NCBI GenBank assembly: GCA_031315995.1
Contig: JALDRG010000016.1
Coordinates: 5,566-69,565, forward strand
From: Nitrospira sp.
GTDB taxonomy: Bacteria; Nitrospirota; Nitrospiria; Nitrospirales; Nitrospiraceae
Length of the DNA stretch: 64,000 bases
Direction: 5' to 3'
The notes beneath the pieces were generated by a model that had not been told where the DNA came from, did not search any database, and worked only from the letters and a program-made list of their open reading frames with translations. The position numbers and the translations under genes are program-made. Below, piece after piece: positions 48,879 to 58,706 of this stretch (position 1 is its first letter; each line of letters begins with the position of its first letter).

Positions 48879-50237
48879 TCAAGGCACCGAGGGCGGTAGC
48901 CGTTCATCAATGAGACACAACAGCCGCCCCTCGGCAAGCCGAGCCTGCACCCTATCCCCGACCGCCACGTCAGAAGCCCGCCGGACGATCCGTCCTGACG
49001 GTACGGCCTGGATGACGCTATACCCACGGTTCAAGATCGCCAATGGGCTGAGGGCATCCAGTGCCGTCATGTATGCCGCCACCGATAGCTTGCGTGCGAC
49101 GAGTCCCCGCCGGGCCTCTTGCTCCAACCGTTTATACAGCTGAGGGATGACTACGAACGCGGTACGAATCCGGTTGCGCGGCCCTTGAGACAATAAGGCA
49201 TGTTGGCGCTCCACCATTCCGCGGTGCAGCAACGTCAAACGTTCGGTAAGCGCGCGCGTCAATCCATCCCGCAGTTCATCGAGATGCTGCGCATGTGCCT
49301 GCACTCGAAACCGCGTTTCGCGCATGATCCCGACCGATCGTTCCAATCGATGGCGTTGCATCTGCAGCAATGTCCGCACGACCCGACGAACACGATCCCC
49401 GATCTCGTTTAATCGCTCCACGATTTCGTCCAACACAGGCACCACCGCCTCCGCCGCAGCAGAGGGGGTCGGGGCTCGATAATCCGCGGCAAAATCTGAG
49501 AGCGTCACATCGACTTCATGCCCGACCGCAGACACGACCGGAACTTTCGATTGAACAATGGCGCGAACAACCGTTTCTTCATTGAACACCCACAGATCCT
49601 CGGAGGCTCCCCCACCACGCCCGACGATGATCACCTCGACCTGCGGCATCCCGCTTAATGCCGTGATCGCCTCCGCGATGCGTTGCGCGGCCCCTTCACC
49701 CTGAACCGGCACAGGAGCAATAAGAATATTGACGATCGGACACCGGCGACGCAGTACGACAACAATATCGCGTACAGCGGCCCCGGTGCGAGACGTCACC
49801 ACGCCGACTGTCTGTGGGAAGACAGGCAAAGGACGTTTTCGCCCTTCGTCGAACAACCCTTCACGGGCCAACCGCTCTCTGAGTTGCTCGAACGCCAGCT
49901 GAAACGCCCCAACGCCCTTGGGTTCCAGCGAATCGACGATCAGCTGATACTCGCCGCGAGGCTCATACACCGAGATGCGCCCGCGTGCAACGATCGCCAG
50001 GCCTTCCTGAAGCGTGAATCGAAGTCGTGACGCCCCCGATCGAAAGAGCACACCGCGGAGCTGGCTCTGCTCATCTTTCAGGGTGAAATAGAAGTGACCG
50101 GAGGATGGGGCACGAAGATTGGAGATTTCGCCTTCGATCCAAACATCCCGAAATTGCTCTTCCAGGGTATCGCGAATGAGGCGCGTCACGTCGGACACGG
50201 AGAGTAGCAGGGGAAGCGGGAGGGTATGGCCGGTCAT
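48879..50237 (-). CDS. xseA: Exodeoxyribonuclease VII large subunit
   Basis: GEISNL, SGHFYFTLKD, GRGGG, SAVGHEVD, APTPSAAAE. Confidence 0.97.
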   Translation of the reverse strand: MTGHTLPLPLLLSVSDVTRLIRDTLEEQFRDVWIEGEISNLRAPSSGHFYFTLKDEQSQLRGVLFRSGASRLRFTLQEGLAIVARGRISVYEPRGEYQLIVDSLEPKGVGAFQLAFEQLRERLAREGLFDEGRKRPLPVFPQTVGVVTSRTGAAVRDIVVVLRRRCPIVNILIAPVPVQGEGAAQRIAEAITALSGMPQVEVIIVGRGGGASEDLWVFNEETVVRAIVQSKVPVVSAVGHEVDVTLSDFAADYRAPTPSAAAEAVVPVLDEIVERLNEIGDRVRRVVRTLLQMQRHRLERSVGIMRETRFRVQAHAQHLDELRDGLTRALTERLTLLHRGMVERQHALLSQGPRNRIRTAFVVIPQLYKRLEQEARRGLVARKLSVAAYMTALDALSPLAILNRGYSVIQAVPSGRIVRRASDVAVGDRVQARLAEGRLLCLIDERLPPSVP

Positions 50238-50279
50238 GTCATATCGTACCGAGCCGAACGGCATGGCTAGGCAAACAGA

Positions 50280-51059
50280 TCAATCCACCACTCGGATTCG
50301 TTCGATCGACAACGCCTTACCGAGCGTGGCATCCAGTTCGAGCAAGACCGCACAGAAAACGGTCGGGCCCGACGCCACTTCAAACCGCCGCGGCATTCCG
50401 GTGAGAAATTTTTCAATCGCCAGCTCTTTCTTGATCCCGATCACCGAATGGAGCGGGCCGGTCATGCCGATATCGGTGATATACGCCGTCCCTTTGGGAA
50501 GAATCTGCTCATCAGCCGTCTGCACGTGGGTATGGGTCCCGGCCACGACCGTCACCAGTCCATCCAAGTAATGCCCCATCGCCATCTTTTCAGACGTCGC
50601 CTCGGCATGCATATCGACCACGATGGCGGAAACCTGAGTTTTGAGTCGCTCGATCTCTCGCTTCGCGATCTGAAACGGACAATCGATCGTCGGCATGAAC
50701 GCCCGCCCCATCAAATGAAGAATTCCCAGCGACTCACCACCCGGCGTCGTGAAGACATAACTGCCTCGCCCCGGCACTCCCTCCGGATAATTGGCTGGAC
50801 GCAGGAGGCGAGGCTCACGTGGAAACACCTCAAGAATCTCTTTCTTGTCCCACGCGTGATTCCCCGTGGTAATGACCGACACCCCGAGATCAAAGAGATC
50901 GTCCACCAGATCCGGAGTAATACCGAATCCACCCGCCACGTTCTCGCCGTTGCCGACCACCACATCGATGGCATGGTTGGCAATCAGTTTCGGCAAGAGG
51001 CGAGCCACGGACCGACGCCCTGGCTCGCCCATGATATCGCCGATCATCAGAACTTTCAT
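50280..51059 (-). CDS. ymdB: YmdB-like metallophosphoesterase
   Basis: IGDIMGEPG, NGEN, TGNH, DMHAEATSEK, GTHTHVQTAD. Confidence 0.95.
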   Translation of the reverse strand: MKVLMIGDIMGEPGRRSVARLLPKLIANHAIDVVVGNGENVAGGFGITPDLVDDLFDLGVSVITTGNHAWDKKEILEVFPREPRLLRPANYPEGVPGRGSYVFTTPGGESLGILHLMGRAFMPTIDCPFQIAKREIERLKTQVSAIVVDMHAEATSEKMAMGHYLDGLVTVVAGTHTHVQTADEQILPKGTAYITDIGMTGPLHSVIGIKKELAIEKFLTGMPRRFEVASGPTVFCAVLLELDATLGKALSIERIRVVD

Positions 51060-51069
51060 AACCCCTTAC

Positions 51070-52647
51070 TCATTTCGCGAAATCGACAAACCGGCTCTCC
51101 CGGATCACCGTGACCTTGATCTGCCCCGGGTAGGTCAGCTCCTGCTCGATCTTTTTTGCCAGATCCCGAGAGAGCTGAAAACATTCCGGATCCGTCAGAT
51201 CTTCCTGTTTTACAATCACACGGATTTCGCGTCCAGCTTGAATCGCATAGGCCTTCTGCACGCCCTTATGGACGGTCGCCAGCGACTCCAATTTCTCTAA
51301 CCGCTTCACATAAGACTCCAGTGCTTCACGTCGGGCACCAGGACGTGCCGCCGACAATGCTTCCGCCGCCGCTACCAGGACCGTCTCCGGGCAAATCGGC
51401 TCGACCTGCTCGTGATGCGCGGCAATCGCGTTCACCACCTTAGCACTTTCGCCATACTTCTTAGCGATCTCCGCACCCAGCATGGCATGCGGTCCTTCTT
51501 CTTCGTGGCTGACGGCCTTTCCAATGTCGTGCAACAAGGCCCCACGCTTCGCGAGCTTCACGTCGAGCTTCAGCTCAGATGCCATGATCCCGCAGATATA
51601 GGCCGCTTCCCGAGCATGGTACAAATTGTTCTGCCCATAGCTCGTACGATACTTGAGCCGCCCGAGCACCTTCACCAACTCAGGATGGAAATCGGACAAT
51701 CCCACTTCGAAGATGACCTTCTCGGCCTCTTCGATCATCAGTTTCTCAATGTCCACCTTGACCTTTTCGACGATTTCTTCAATGCGTGTCGGATGGATAC
51801 GACCATCATGCATGAGCCGCTCGAGCGATACCTTGGCAATTTCACGCCGAAGCGGATCAAATCCAGAAATAATGACCGCTTCCGGCGTCTCATCGATAAT
51901 GAGATCGATTCCCGTGGCCGCTTCGATCGCACGAATGTTTCGGCCCTCTCGACCAATAATCCGTCCCTTCATTGCATCGTTGGCAATCGGCACGACCGAG
52001 ATCGTCGCCTCGTTCACGTAGTCACGAGTGACCCGTTGAATGGAGCTCGCAATGATTTCTCGTGCTTCCCGATCGGCATTTTCCTTTGCCTCTTCCAGCA
52101 TGCGTTTCGCAAGACCGGCCGCTTCCAAACGCGCTTGGCTATCCAGTTCCTGGATGAGTTGCCGCTTGGCTTCCTCAGCCGTCAGGCCGGCCACCCGCTC
52201 AAGCGCTTCACGATGCTGTTTGAGCGCCTGGGCGCAAGCCTCATCCTTCTGGACCAACGCCTCCTCACGCTTCAATAGCTCTTGCTCCCGCTTGAGGGCC
52301 TCCTGGTCACGCTTCTCGAGAAGACCCAGCTTGCGATCCAAACCCTCTTCTCGCTGGGACACTCGCCGTTCCGTATTGGAAACCTCGGCCAGCTTTGTCT
52401 TCTGTTCCTTTTCCAGCTCGATTCTTGCCTGAAAGACCAGATCTTTGGCCTCCAGCTTGGCCTCTTTGACCAGATTCTCCGCCTCACGCTGGGCTGATTG
52501 TACAACTTGCATGGACTGATCCTCGGCCTCAGCACGGCGCGCCAAAACCGACCGACGCCGCAGGACCTCGTATAGGCCAGCCCCTAACACCGCTCCCACC
52601 AATCCGACAATAATGTACGCAACGACGCTGAGAGAAATGGGAACCAC
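51070..52647 (-). CDS. rny: Ribonuclease Y
   Basis: N-terminal TM, coiled coil, KH (GRIIGREGRN), HD (LLHDIGK). Start approximate. Confidence 0.97.
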   Translation of the reverse strand: MVPISLSVVAYIIVGLVGAVLGAGLYEVLRRRSVLARRAEAEDQSMQVVQSAQREAENLVKEAKLEAKDLVFQARIELEKEQKTKLAEVSNTERRVSQREEGLDRKLGLLEKRDQEALKREQELLKREEALVQKDEACAQALKQHREALERVAGLTAEEAKRQLIQELDSQARLEAAGLAKRMLEEAKENADREAREIIASSIQRVTRDYVNEATISVVPIANDAMKGRIIGREGRNIRAIEAATGIDLIIDETPEAVIISGFDPLRREIAKVSLERLMHDGRIHPTRIEEIVEKVKVDIEKLMIEEAEKVIFEVGLSDFHPELVKVLGRLKYRTSYGQNNLYHAREAAYICGIMASELKLDVKLAKRGALLHDIGKAVSHEEEGPHAMLGAEIAKKYGESAKVVNAIAAHHEQVEPICPETVLVAAAEALSAARPGARREALESYVKRLEKLESLATVHKGVQKAYAIQAGREIRVIVKQEDLTDPECFQLSRDLAKKIEQELTYPGQIKVTVIRESRFVDFAK

Positions 52648-52691
52648 CTCCCTTACGGCAGTGGGACAACAGGCGCTGTCACCCTGCAAAT

Positions 52692-53015
52692 AGTCACAGC
52701 CAGTGTGAACGGGGGAGCAAGGAGCGTGAGAAAGGAATAGCTAGGTGAGAAGGGGAAACACCTGACTTCTTGAGCCAGTAGAGACGAAGTGTGGAATCGC
52801 CGTCGTTAATTCAAGTGGAGGAGTGGTCGGCCTCGACCCGAATCAATTCTTCTGTCGCCTCGAAGGTGCACAAACCAATACACTGTGCCGAGTAGAGTCG
52901 TATGCTCCGAGCCCTGGGCACTCTCGAACCTACCTGCGGGCACCTGCTCTCCGCACATCAATACACGTCGGTTACACACCCATCGCTCAGACACACCGGC
53001 ATAAGAGCCCTGACT
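52692..53015 (-). ncRNA. Structured ncRNA candidate at the 6S RNA (ssrS) position
   Basis: zapA-rny intergenic region. Nested end-to-end pairings: AGTCA/TGACT, GCCGGTGTG/CACACTGGC, GAGCGA/TTGCTC, GGGTGTG/CACGCTC. G-U pairs favour the minus strand. Identity as 6S rests on synteny. Confidence 0.45.
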
Positions 53016-53206
53016 CATCCATACCATCACAACCACATTGACAAACAGAGCAAAAACCAGCGATTCCATATGTTTAGCGCTCAAAAACCGTCGTCAGATT
53101 TTCCGTCCTTTTTCGAAGCTTCCTTTCCTCTCCTGCTCTTGTTGACCCTCAGGTCAAGACAACAGGGGAACGATAACAAAGCAGTGTAGTGAAAGCAAGG
53201 TGAAAT

Positions 53207-53509
53207 TCACCGGGGCAACGGCAACATGGATGGCATCTGCTGATCGATCGATTCCATAAGCGACGCCACCCGACGATCCGCGTCGGCCTGACCTTGTCGT
53301 GATTTTCGCTCGGCTTCCATTAACTCGTGCGCCATATTGAATGCCGCGAGCACGGCCAACTTGGCCGGCGTGGCCGACCGCATGCCGGCCGCCACCTGCT
53401 TCATCTGTTTATCAACCATTTCAGCAAGTTGCCTCACATACGATTCGTCTGCCTCGCCGTTGACCGTGTACCGCTGGCCATAGATCTCCACGTCAATGGT
53501 CTTAGTCAA
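53207..53509 (-). CDS. zapA: Cell division protein ZapA
   Basis: VEIYGQRY, VDKQM, LAVLAAFNMA; TTG start with GGAGG RBS. Confidence 0.92.
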   Translation of the reverse strand: MTKTIDVEIYGQRYTVNGEADESYVRQLAEMVDKQMKQVAAGMRSATPAKLAVLAAFNMAHELMEAERKSRQGQADADRRVASLMESIDQQMPSMLPLPR

Positions 53510-53756
53510 ACGCCACCTCCTTGGATTCATCCAAGCACTCCAACAGATCAATTTCACCGAGTACTTTTTCAATCCGCGAGCGAATGTCCACCCGCTCCTG
53601 TTCCCAGCGACGGTTTTCATCGTCACGCACCGCGACGCGTTCCCGTGCCAGTCGAAGCTCGTCTTCGAGCGAGGCATTCTTCCGCTTCAGATCCTGAACC
53701 AGCTTCACCATATCGCGAATCCGAATTTCAAGGGCGTCGAGACGATCTAAAGTCAT
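53502..53756 (-). CDS. zapB: ZapB-like coiled-coil protein
   Basis: Pure heptad coiled coil overlapping the zapA start. Confidence 0.75.
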   Translation of the reverse strand: MTLDRLDALEIRIRDMVKLVQDLKRKNASLEDELRLARERVAVRDDENRRWEQERVDIRSRIEKVLGEIDLLECLDESKEVAFD

Positions 53757-53808
53757 GGTATTTCCTCATATCAAAGTGTTGATGACACACAGAAGGTGAC
53801 GGGGGCGA

Positions 53809-53837
53809 AATATAGAAAGTTCACTTCCCCTTGTCAA
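53809..53837 (-). promoter_or_regulatory. Sigma70 promoter of the zapB-zapA-rny unit
   Basis: Minus-strand TTGACA-N17-TATATT. Confidence 0.7.
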
Positions 53838-53851
53838 GAAAACGGGTCTCG

Positions 53852-56089
53852 CTATGACGAGCCGTTGTGCAGCCGCCGATATTCCCCATAACTGCGTAAG
53901 ACCCGCTTCACATACAACCGCGTCTCCTGATACGGGATGAGTTCCACGAATTCGTCTTGCTCCCGTCCCCGGTGCATCGCAATCCAATTGTTGACGGCAA
54001 TCGGTCCGGCATTGTACGCCGCAACGGCATGCGCCACATTCCCCCCGTATTGGTCGAGCAACTGACCGAGATAACGCACCCCCAGTCGAATATTGGTTTC
54101 CTGATCGAACAACTCCTCCCGTCCGACGGTCGGAAACCCATATCGCTGAGCCACTGCATTCGCTGTCACAGGCATCAGCTGCATCAAACCAACAGCCCCT
54201 ACAACCGAGACAGCTTTTTCATCGTATTGGCTTTCTTCCCGAATAATCGCGGCAGCCAAGTATGGATCGACAGCAGTCACCCCCTGCGCGGCGATGGTCG
54301 GAAGAAGGCCCGTCGGGTAGGCCACCGTCCACAAGGCCGGCGCCGTCGGCAGGCCGCTCCGTTCCAGCTTCTCCCGAAAATGAACCTTGGCCACTCGCAA
54401 GGCCGGGTGGTACGCCCCCACTTCACTGAGTAACGTCGAGAAAGCCAACAGTACGTCGGGATCGCGGCTGTATTGCTCTGTGAGAGATCCGAGCTCGCGA
54501 GCCGCATCTTGGGCGAACCCCAACAGCTTCAGCTCGATCCCACGTTGATAGACCGCATGCCGTTCAATTTCACGACGTCGATTCTCCGGCAACCGTGCGG
54601 CCTCGTCGCTCACCGGCGGCTCCGGCTCCGCAGCCGCCATCCCAACCGGCGGCAACGAGGTTCGTCGCACAGCCAGTTGGCAATAGTAACTGTAGGCGTG
54701 ACGCTGGCACAGGCGAGCGTACTGCTCGGGAGCGGTGGCATTTTTTTCGTGCTCGTCCGCCCTCGCCGCCCAATACATCGCCTGAGGCTCCAAGCCGTTG
54801 ACATGTAACTCCACGACGGTTCGAAACGTCTCGGCCGCGTCCCGATACCGGGCTGTCCGGTATTGTGCCCAGCCGGCACGCCAGAGGCCTTCCGCACGCT
54901 GGCTCGTCGAGTCTCCCAACTTCGCCACCTGGCGGAACATGGCGATCGCCTCATCGAATTGTCCTTGATCCTCCAACCACACTCCGGCAAAGAGATGCAC
55001 CATCGCCCGCTGGTCGCCCCCCAAGGCACCCGGGGCCACCGATCGCGCCAATTCGACGAGTTTCTCGCCTTGGTTCTGCCGCAGATATACCCGGGCCAGC
55101 CATACTATGGCTTCCGATGCTTCTTGGCCTCGTTCAGACACCAAGGCGCGAAACGTCTCGCGAGCCTGGTCATATTGCTTGAGTCGAACATAGGCCACAC
55201 CCAGCTTCAACCGAGCGTCCAGCCGGCGGGGGTGCCCCGGAGCCATCGCCAGAAAGCCGCGCAGCTCTTCGACGGCCTCGGCTTGCATGGCCAGACCCAA
55301 AAACGCCTGCGCGCGAACCAAATGGTCTTCGGCGGTCGGCGTCCAGGCTTCTCCGCCCAGCGCGGTCTCCAGCTGCGCTTTCGCTTCCCGCGCTTCAGGT
55401 GAGTGCGGATAGCGGAGCCAGAGTTGCTTTAACACCGTACGCGCCTCCGACACTCGATTCTCGCGAATGTGGCACTCCGCCTGGTGCCACAAGGCCAACG
55501 GAGCCGCCGCGTCCTTGTCCGCAAGATTCACAGCGCGCTCCAGCCATTCCAGCGCCCGGAGACAGACGTTTGCGCTGTACCAGGCCTCACCCGTGCGATA
55601 GGCGGCCCTGGCAATCAAGTTCGAATCCGGCACGACCTTGGGAATCGTCTCCAGCAACTCGGCCGCCTGAATCGGTTCGTTCTGCTTCAGCAGCGATTCT
55701 CCGGTCCAGAGTCGTAGATAGTCGTCGAGCACCGGCATGTCAGGCTGGACCGCGCGCAGGATTTTCGTCGCTTCACCCGGCTCCCGTTCGATCAACAACA
55801 CTCCCAGCACCACTCCGGCTCGCTGAGCCCAGATCGTGGAGGGATAGAGATCCATCACCGACCTCAATTGGTCGATTTTGAGCCGCATGATTTGGTCACG
55901 TTGAGCGGAGGACCCTGAACGCTCATTGAGCGCCACAGCGGAACGGAAGCAGACTTCAGCGGAGACGCAGGATCCAGGCACGACGGGCAGAGGCAGTGGC
56001 GACTCGGCCGTGGCCGTCAAGAACAGACTCGACAGCACACACCACACGGCAAGGGCCGCCAAACTGGTCCGCCAAGGAAGTGCGGTCAC
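53852..56089 (-). CDS. Soluble lytic transglycosylase with TPR region
   Basis: IIREES, GAVGLMQLMP, AYNAGP, IPYQETRLYV; N-terminal signal and TPR helices. Confidence 0.93.
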   Translation of the reverse strand: MTALPWRTSLAALAVWCVLSSLFLTATAESPLPLPVVPGSCVSAEVCFRSAVALNERSGSSAQRDQIMRLKIDQLRSVMDLYPSTIWAQRAGVVLGVLLIEREPGEATKILRAVQPDMPVLDDYLRLWTGESLLKQNEPIQAAELLETIPKVVPDSNLIARAAYRTGEAWYSANVCLRALEWLERAVNLADKDAAAPLALWHQAECHIRENRVSEARTVLKQLWLRYPHSPEAREAKAQLETALGGEAWTPTAEDHLVRAQAFLGLAMQAEAVEELRGFLAMAPGHPRRLDARLKLGVAYVRLKQYDQARETFRALVSERGQEASEAIVWLARVYLRQNQGEKLVELARSVAPGALGGDQRAMVHLFAGVWLEDQGQFDEAIAMFRQVAKLGDSTSQRAEGLWRAGWAQYRTARYRDAAETFRTVVELHVNGLEPQAMYWAARADEHEKNATAPEQYARLCQRHAYSYYCQLAVRRTSLPPVGMAAAEPEPPVSDEAARLPENRRREIERHAVYQRGIELKLLGFAQDAARELGSLTEQYSRDPDVLLAFSTLLSEVGAYHPALRVAKVHFREKLERSGLPTAPALWTVAYPTGLLPTIAAQGVTAVDPYLAAAIIREESQYDEKAVSVVGAVGLMQLMPVTANAVAQRYGFPTVGREELFDQETNIRLGVRYLGQLLDQYGGNVAHAVAAYNAGPIAVNNWIAMHRGREQDEFVELIPYQETRLYVKRVLRSYGEYRRLHNGSS

Positions 56090-56200
56090 ATTCTCATCCT
56101 GAGCAGAGGGTGAACCGAGCTCATTATAGCCTACTGCTCTGAAAACGCGACCACGTTCGCCTTGCTTGTCACAAGTTTTTTCCCTGTGCTAGGCTCCGGC

Positions 56201-57289
56201 ATGACTCCACAGACCAATTCCCGCACCAATCTGCTCGCCTTGACCGAACGCGAGATGGTCGCATTTGTCTCACCACTCGGGTGGCCGTCCTATCGTGCGT
56301 CACAAATCCTGCGCTGGCTCTATCAGGAACGCGCTCGCACCTTCGCCGAGATGAGCAACCTTTCGCAGAAGGAGCGCGAATACCTCACCATCTCCTGCAC
56401 CATCGCGCGAACCTCGGATGTCCAGATCTTGTCGTCCCAGGATGGAACGAAGAAGTTCGTCCTCACGCTGGCTGACGGCAATCAAGTCGAATGTGTCCTC
56501 ATTCCCGACGAAAACCGACTCACCCTCTGCCTGTCCACACAGGTCGGGTGCACACTCGACTGTGGATTCTGCCTGACCGGCACACTGGGGCTTCAGCGGA
56601 ACCTGCGCGCGCATGAGATCATCGATCAGGTTCTCCTCGCCCAAGACCAGTTGGGAGCAGGCGAACGGGTGACCAACCTGGTCTTCATGGGCATGGGGGA
56701 ACCCCTCGCCAACCTCGATGCCGTCGCCGATGCCGTCACCCGCCTGACCAACAAAACCTGGGGCCTGGGGTTTTCGGGTCGCCGCATCACGATCTCGACC
56801 GCGGGAATCGCCTCGCGAATCAAAGAGGTGGCCCCTCTCAAGGTGAACCTGGCCATTTCGTTGAATGCGACCACCGATGCGCTCCGCCACCAGCTCATGC
56901 CCGCAGCCAACCGACTCCATTCCCTGGACGCGCTGCTCGCGGCCTGTCGCGCGTATCCGGTGGCCGAACGCGAGCGTCTGACCTTTGAATATGTCCTTCT
57001 CGCAGACGTGAATGATCGGGCAGAGGATGCCACCCGATTAATCAAGCTGCTCCGCGGCCTCCGCTGCAAGGTCAACCTCATTGCCTTCAACCCGTTTCCC
57101 GGCAATCCCTATCGACGACCGTCGGATGCGGCCATCGACACATTCCAAAACACCCTGCGCCGAGGGCATGTGGATGTCTACCTCCGCCGCAGCCGCGGCC
57201 GCGATGTGCTGGGCGCCTGCGGCCAACTCGGTCGCACCGAGGCGGCGAACCCTCAAGTCACCTTGACACAGATTCAGACCCGTTGTTAG
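56201..57289 (+). CDS. rlmN: Dual-specificity 23S rRNA/tRNA methyltransferase RlmN
   Basis: STQVGCTLDCGFC, FMGMGEP, LAISLNA, GACGQL. Confidence 0.96.
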   Translation: MTPQTNSRTNLLALTEREMVAFVSPLGWPSYRASQILRWLYQERARTFAEMSNLSQKEREYLTISCTIARTSDVQILSSQDGTKKFVLTLADGNQVECVLIPDENRLTLCLSTQVGCTLDCGFCLTGTLGLQRNLRAHEIIDQVLLAQDQLGAGERVTNLVFMGMGEPLANLDAVADAVTRLTNKTWGLGFSGRRITISTAGIASRIKEVAPLKVNLAISLNATTDALRHQLMPAANRLHSLDALLAACRAYPVAERERLTFEYVLLADVNDRAEDATRLIKLLRGLRCKVNLIAFNPFPGNPYRRPSDAAIDTFQNTLRRGHVDVYLRRSRGRDVLGACGQLGRTEAANPQVTLTQIQTRC

Positions 57290-57302
57290 CATAATCTCGT
57301 AC

Positions 57303-58691
57303 ATGCCTAGCCAGAGCACAGCCCCGATTTCATTACCCCATCGCCTCGTGCTTGCCTGTTCACTCCTGAGCTTCATCCTGCTCGCGGACCAGACCTCCGT
57401 GGCCCAAGCCGTCGAGCCCAAGGAATACATCTTGTCCAACGACATGAAAGTGATCCTCGTGGAGGTCCCAAAGGCTCCCGTGGCGACCGTGCAAGTCTGG
57501 TACAAAGTGGGGTCACGAAACGAGGTCATGGGTCGGGCCGGGTTGTCGCACATGCTCGAACACATGATGTTCAAAGGCACGGCCAAATACCCCAAAGGCA
57601 CTTTCTCTCGCCTCGTCCGCAAGAACGGCGGAATGGACAATGCGTTCACCAGCCAGGACTTTACCGCCTACTTTGAAAATCTGGCTGCGGATCGCGTGAC
57701 GCTGGCGCTCGAACTTGAGGCCGACCGTATGCAAGGGCTGATTTTGGACGCCAACGAATTCAAGACCGAGCGGGAAGTGGTCAAGGAAGAACGTCGGCTG
57801 CGCAACGAAGACGATCCGCAAGGCGCACTGGTCGAAGCCCTCTTCGCCCAAGCCTTCATGAGTCACCCGTACCATTGGCCGGTGATCGGGTGGTTCTCCG
57901 ACCTTGATGCGATGAGCCTCGACGATCTTCAGCGCCATTACGACACCTACTACTCGCCCAATAATGCCACCCTCCTCGTGGTCGGTGACATCAAGGCAGA
58001 CACGCTCCTCCCAACCATCGCGAGACTCTTTGAGCCGATCCCCAAAGGTCCAACTCCCAAAATACCGAACGTGACGGAGCCGCCACAACGCGGCGAACGC
58101 CGCTTTCTCCTGAAGCGCGAAGCGCAAGTGCCGTTCGTCATGATGGGGTACCGTGTCCCCAACTATTCCAGTGACGATTCCTATGCCTTGAACGTACTCG
58201 AATCGATTTTGTCCCACGGCAAGAGCGCCCGGCTCTACCAAAGTCTCGTCTACGAGCAAAAATCGGCATTGGCCGTGGGCGCCGACTACGGACTGATGCA
58301 AGCCGACCCGGGACTATTTTACTTTTATGCGGTGGTGAAACCGGGAGAGAAAGTCGAGGCGGTCGAGGATGCCGTACTCAAAGAGATCCATCGGCTCCAA
58401 ACGGAGCCTCCGAGCGAACTCGAACTCCAACGCGCAAAAAACCAAATCGAGGCGGCTCACATTTTCGAGCAAGATTCGAATTTCCGCCAAGCGATGCTGC
58501 TGGGAGAAGCCGAAACCATCGGGGCCGGGTGGCGGAAAGTCAACCAGTTTGTCGAGCGCACGCGTGCCGTCACCGCGCAGGACGTCCAGCGTGTCGCATT
58601 GCACTATCTGACTGCCGATCTGCGCACCACGGGAACCCTGATTCCACAGCCTCCGCAAACCCAGTCGGCGTCGCCGACACAACCTCATTAG
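57303..58691 (+). CDS. M16 family zinc peptidase (active subunit)
   Basis: HMLEHMMFKG, NAFTS, EREVVKEERR. Confidence 0.93.
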   Translation: MPSQSTAPISLPHRLVLACSLLSFILLADQTSVAQAVEPKEYILSNDMKVILVEVPKAPVATVQVWYKVGSRNEVMGRAGLSHMLEHMMFKGTAKYPKGTFSRLVRKNGGMDNAFTSQDFTAYFENLAADRVTLALELEADRMQGLILDANEFKTEREVVKEERRLRNEDDPQGALVEALFAQAFMSHPYHWPVIGWFSDLDAMSLDDLQRHYDTYYSPNNATLLVVGDIKADTLLPTIARLFEPIPKGPTPKIPNVTEPPQRGERRFLLKREAQVPFVMMGYRVPNYSSDDSYALNVLESILSHGKSARLYQSLVYEQKSALAVGADYGLMQADPGLFYFYAVVKPGEKVEAVEDAVLKEIHRLQTEPPSELELQRAKNQIEAAHIFEQDSNFRQAMLLGEAETIGAGWRKVNQFVERTRAVTAQDVQRVALHYLTADLRTTGTLIPQPPQTQSASPTQPH

Positions 58692-58706
58692 CGAGCCGAT
58701 CCTGAG

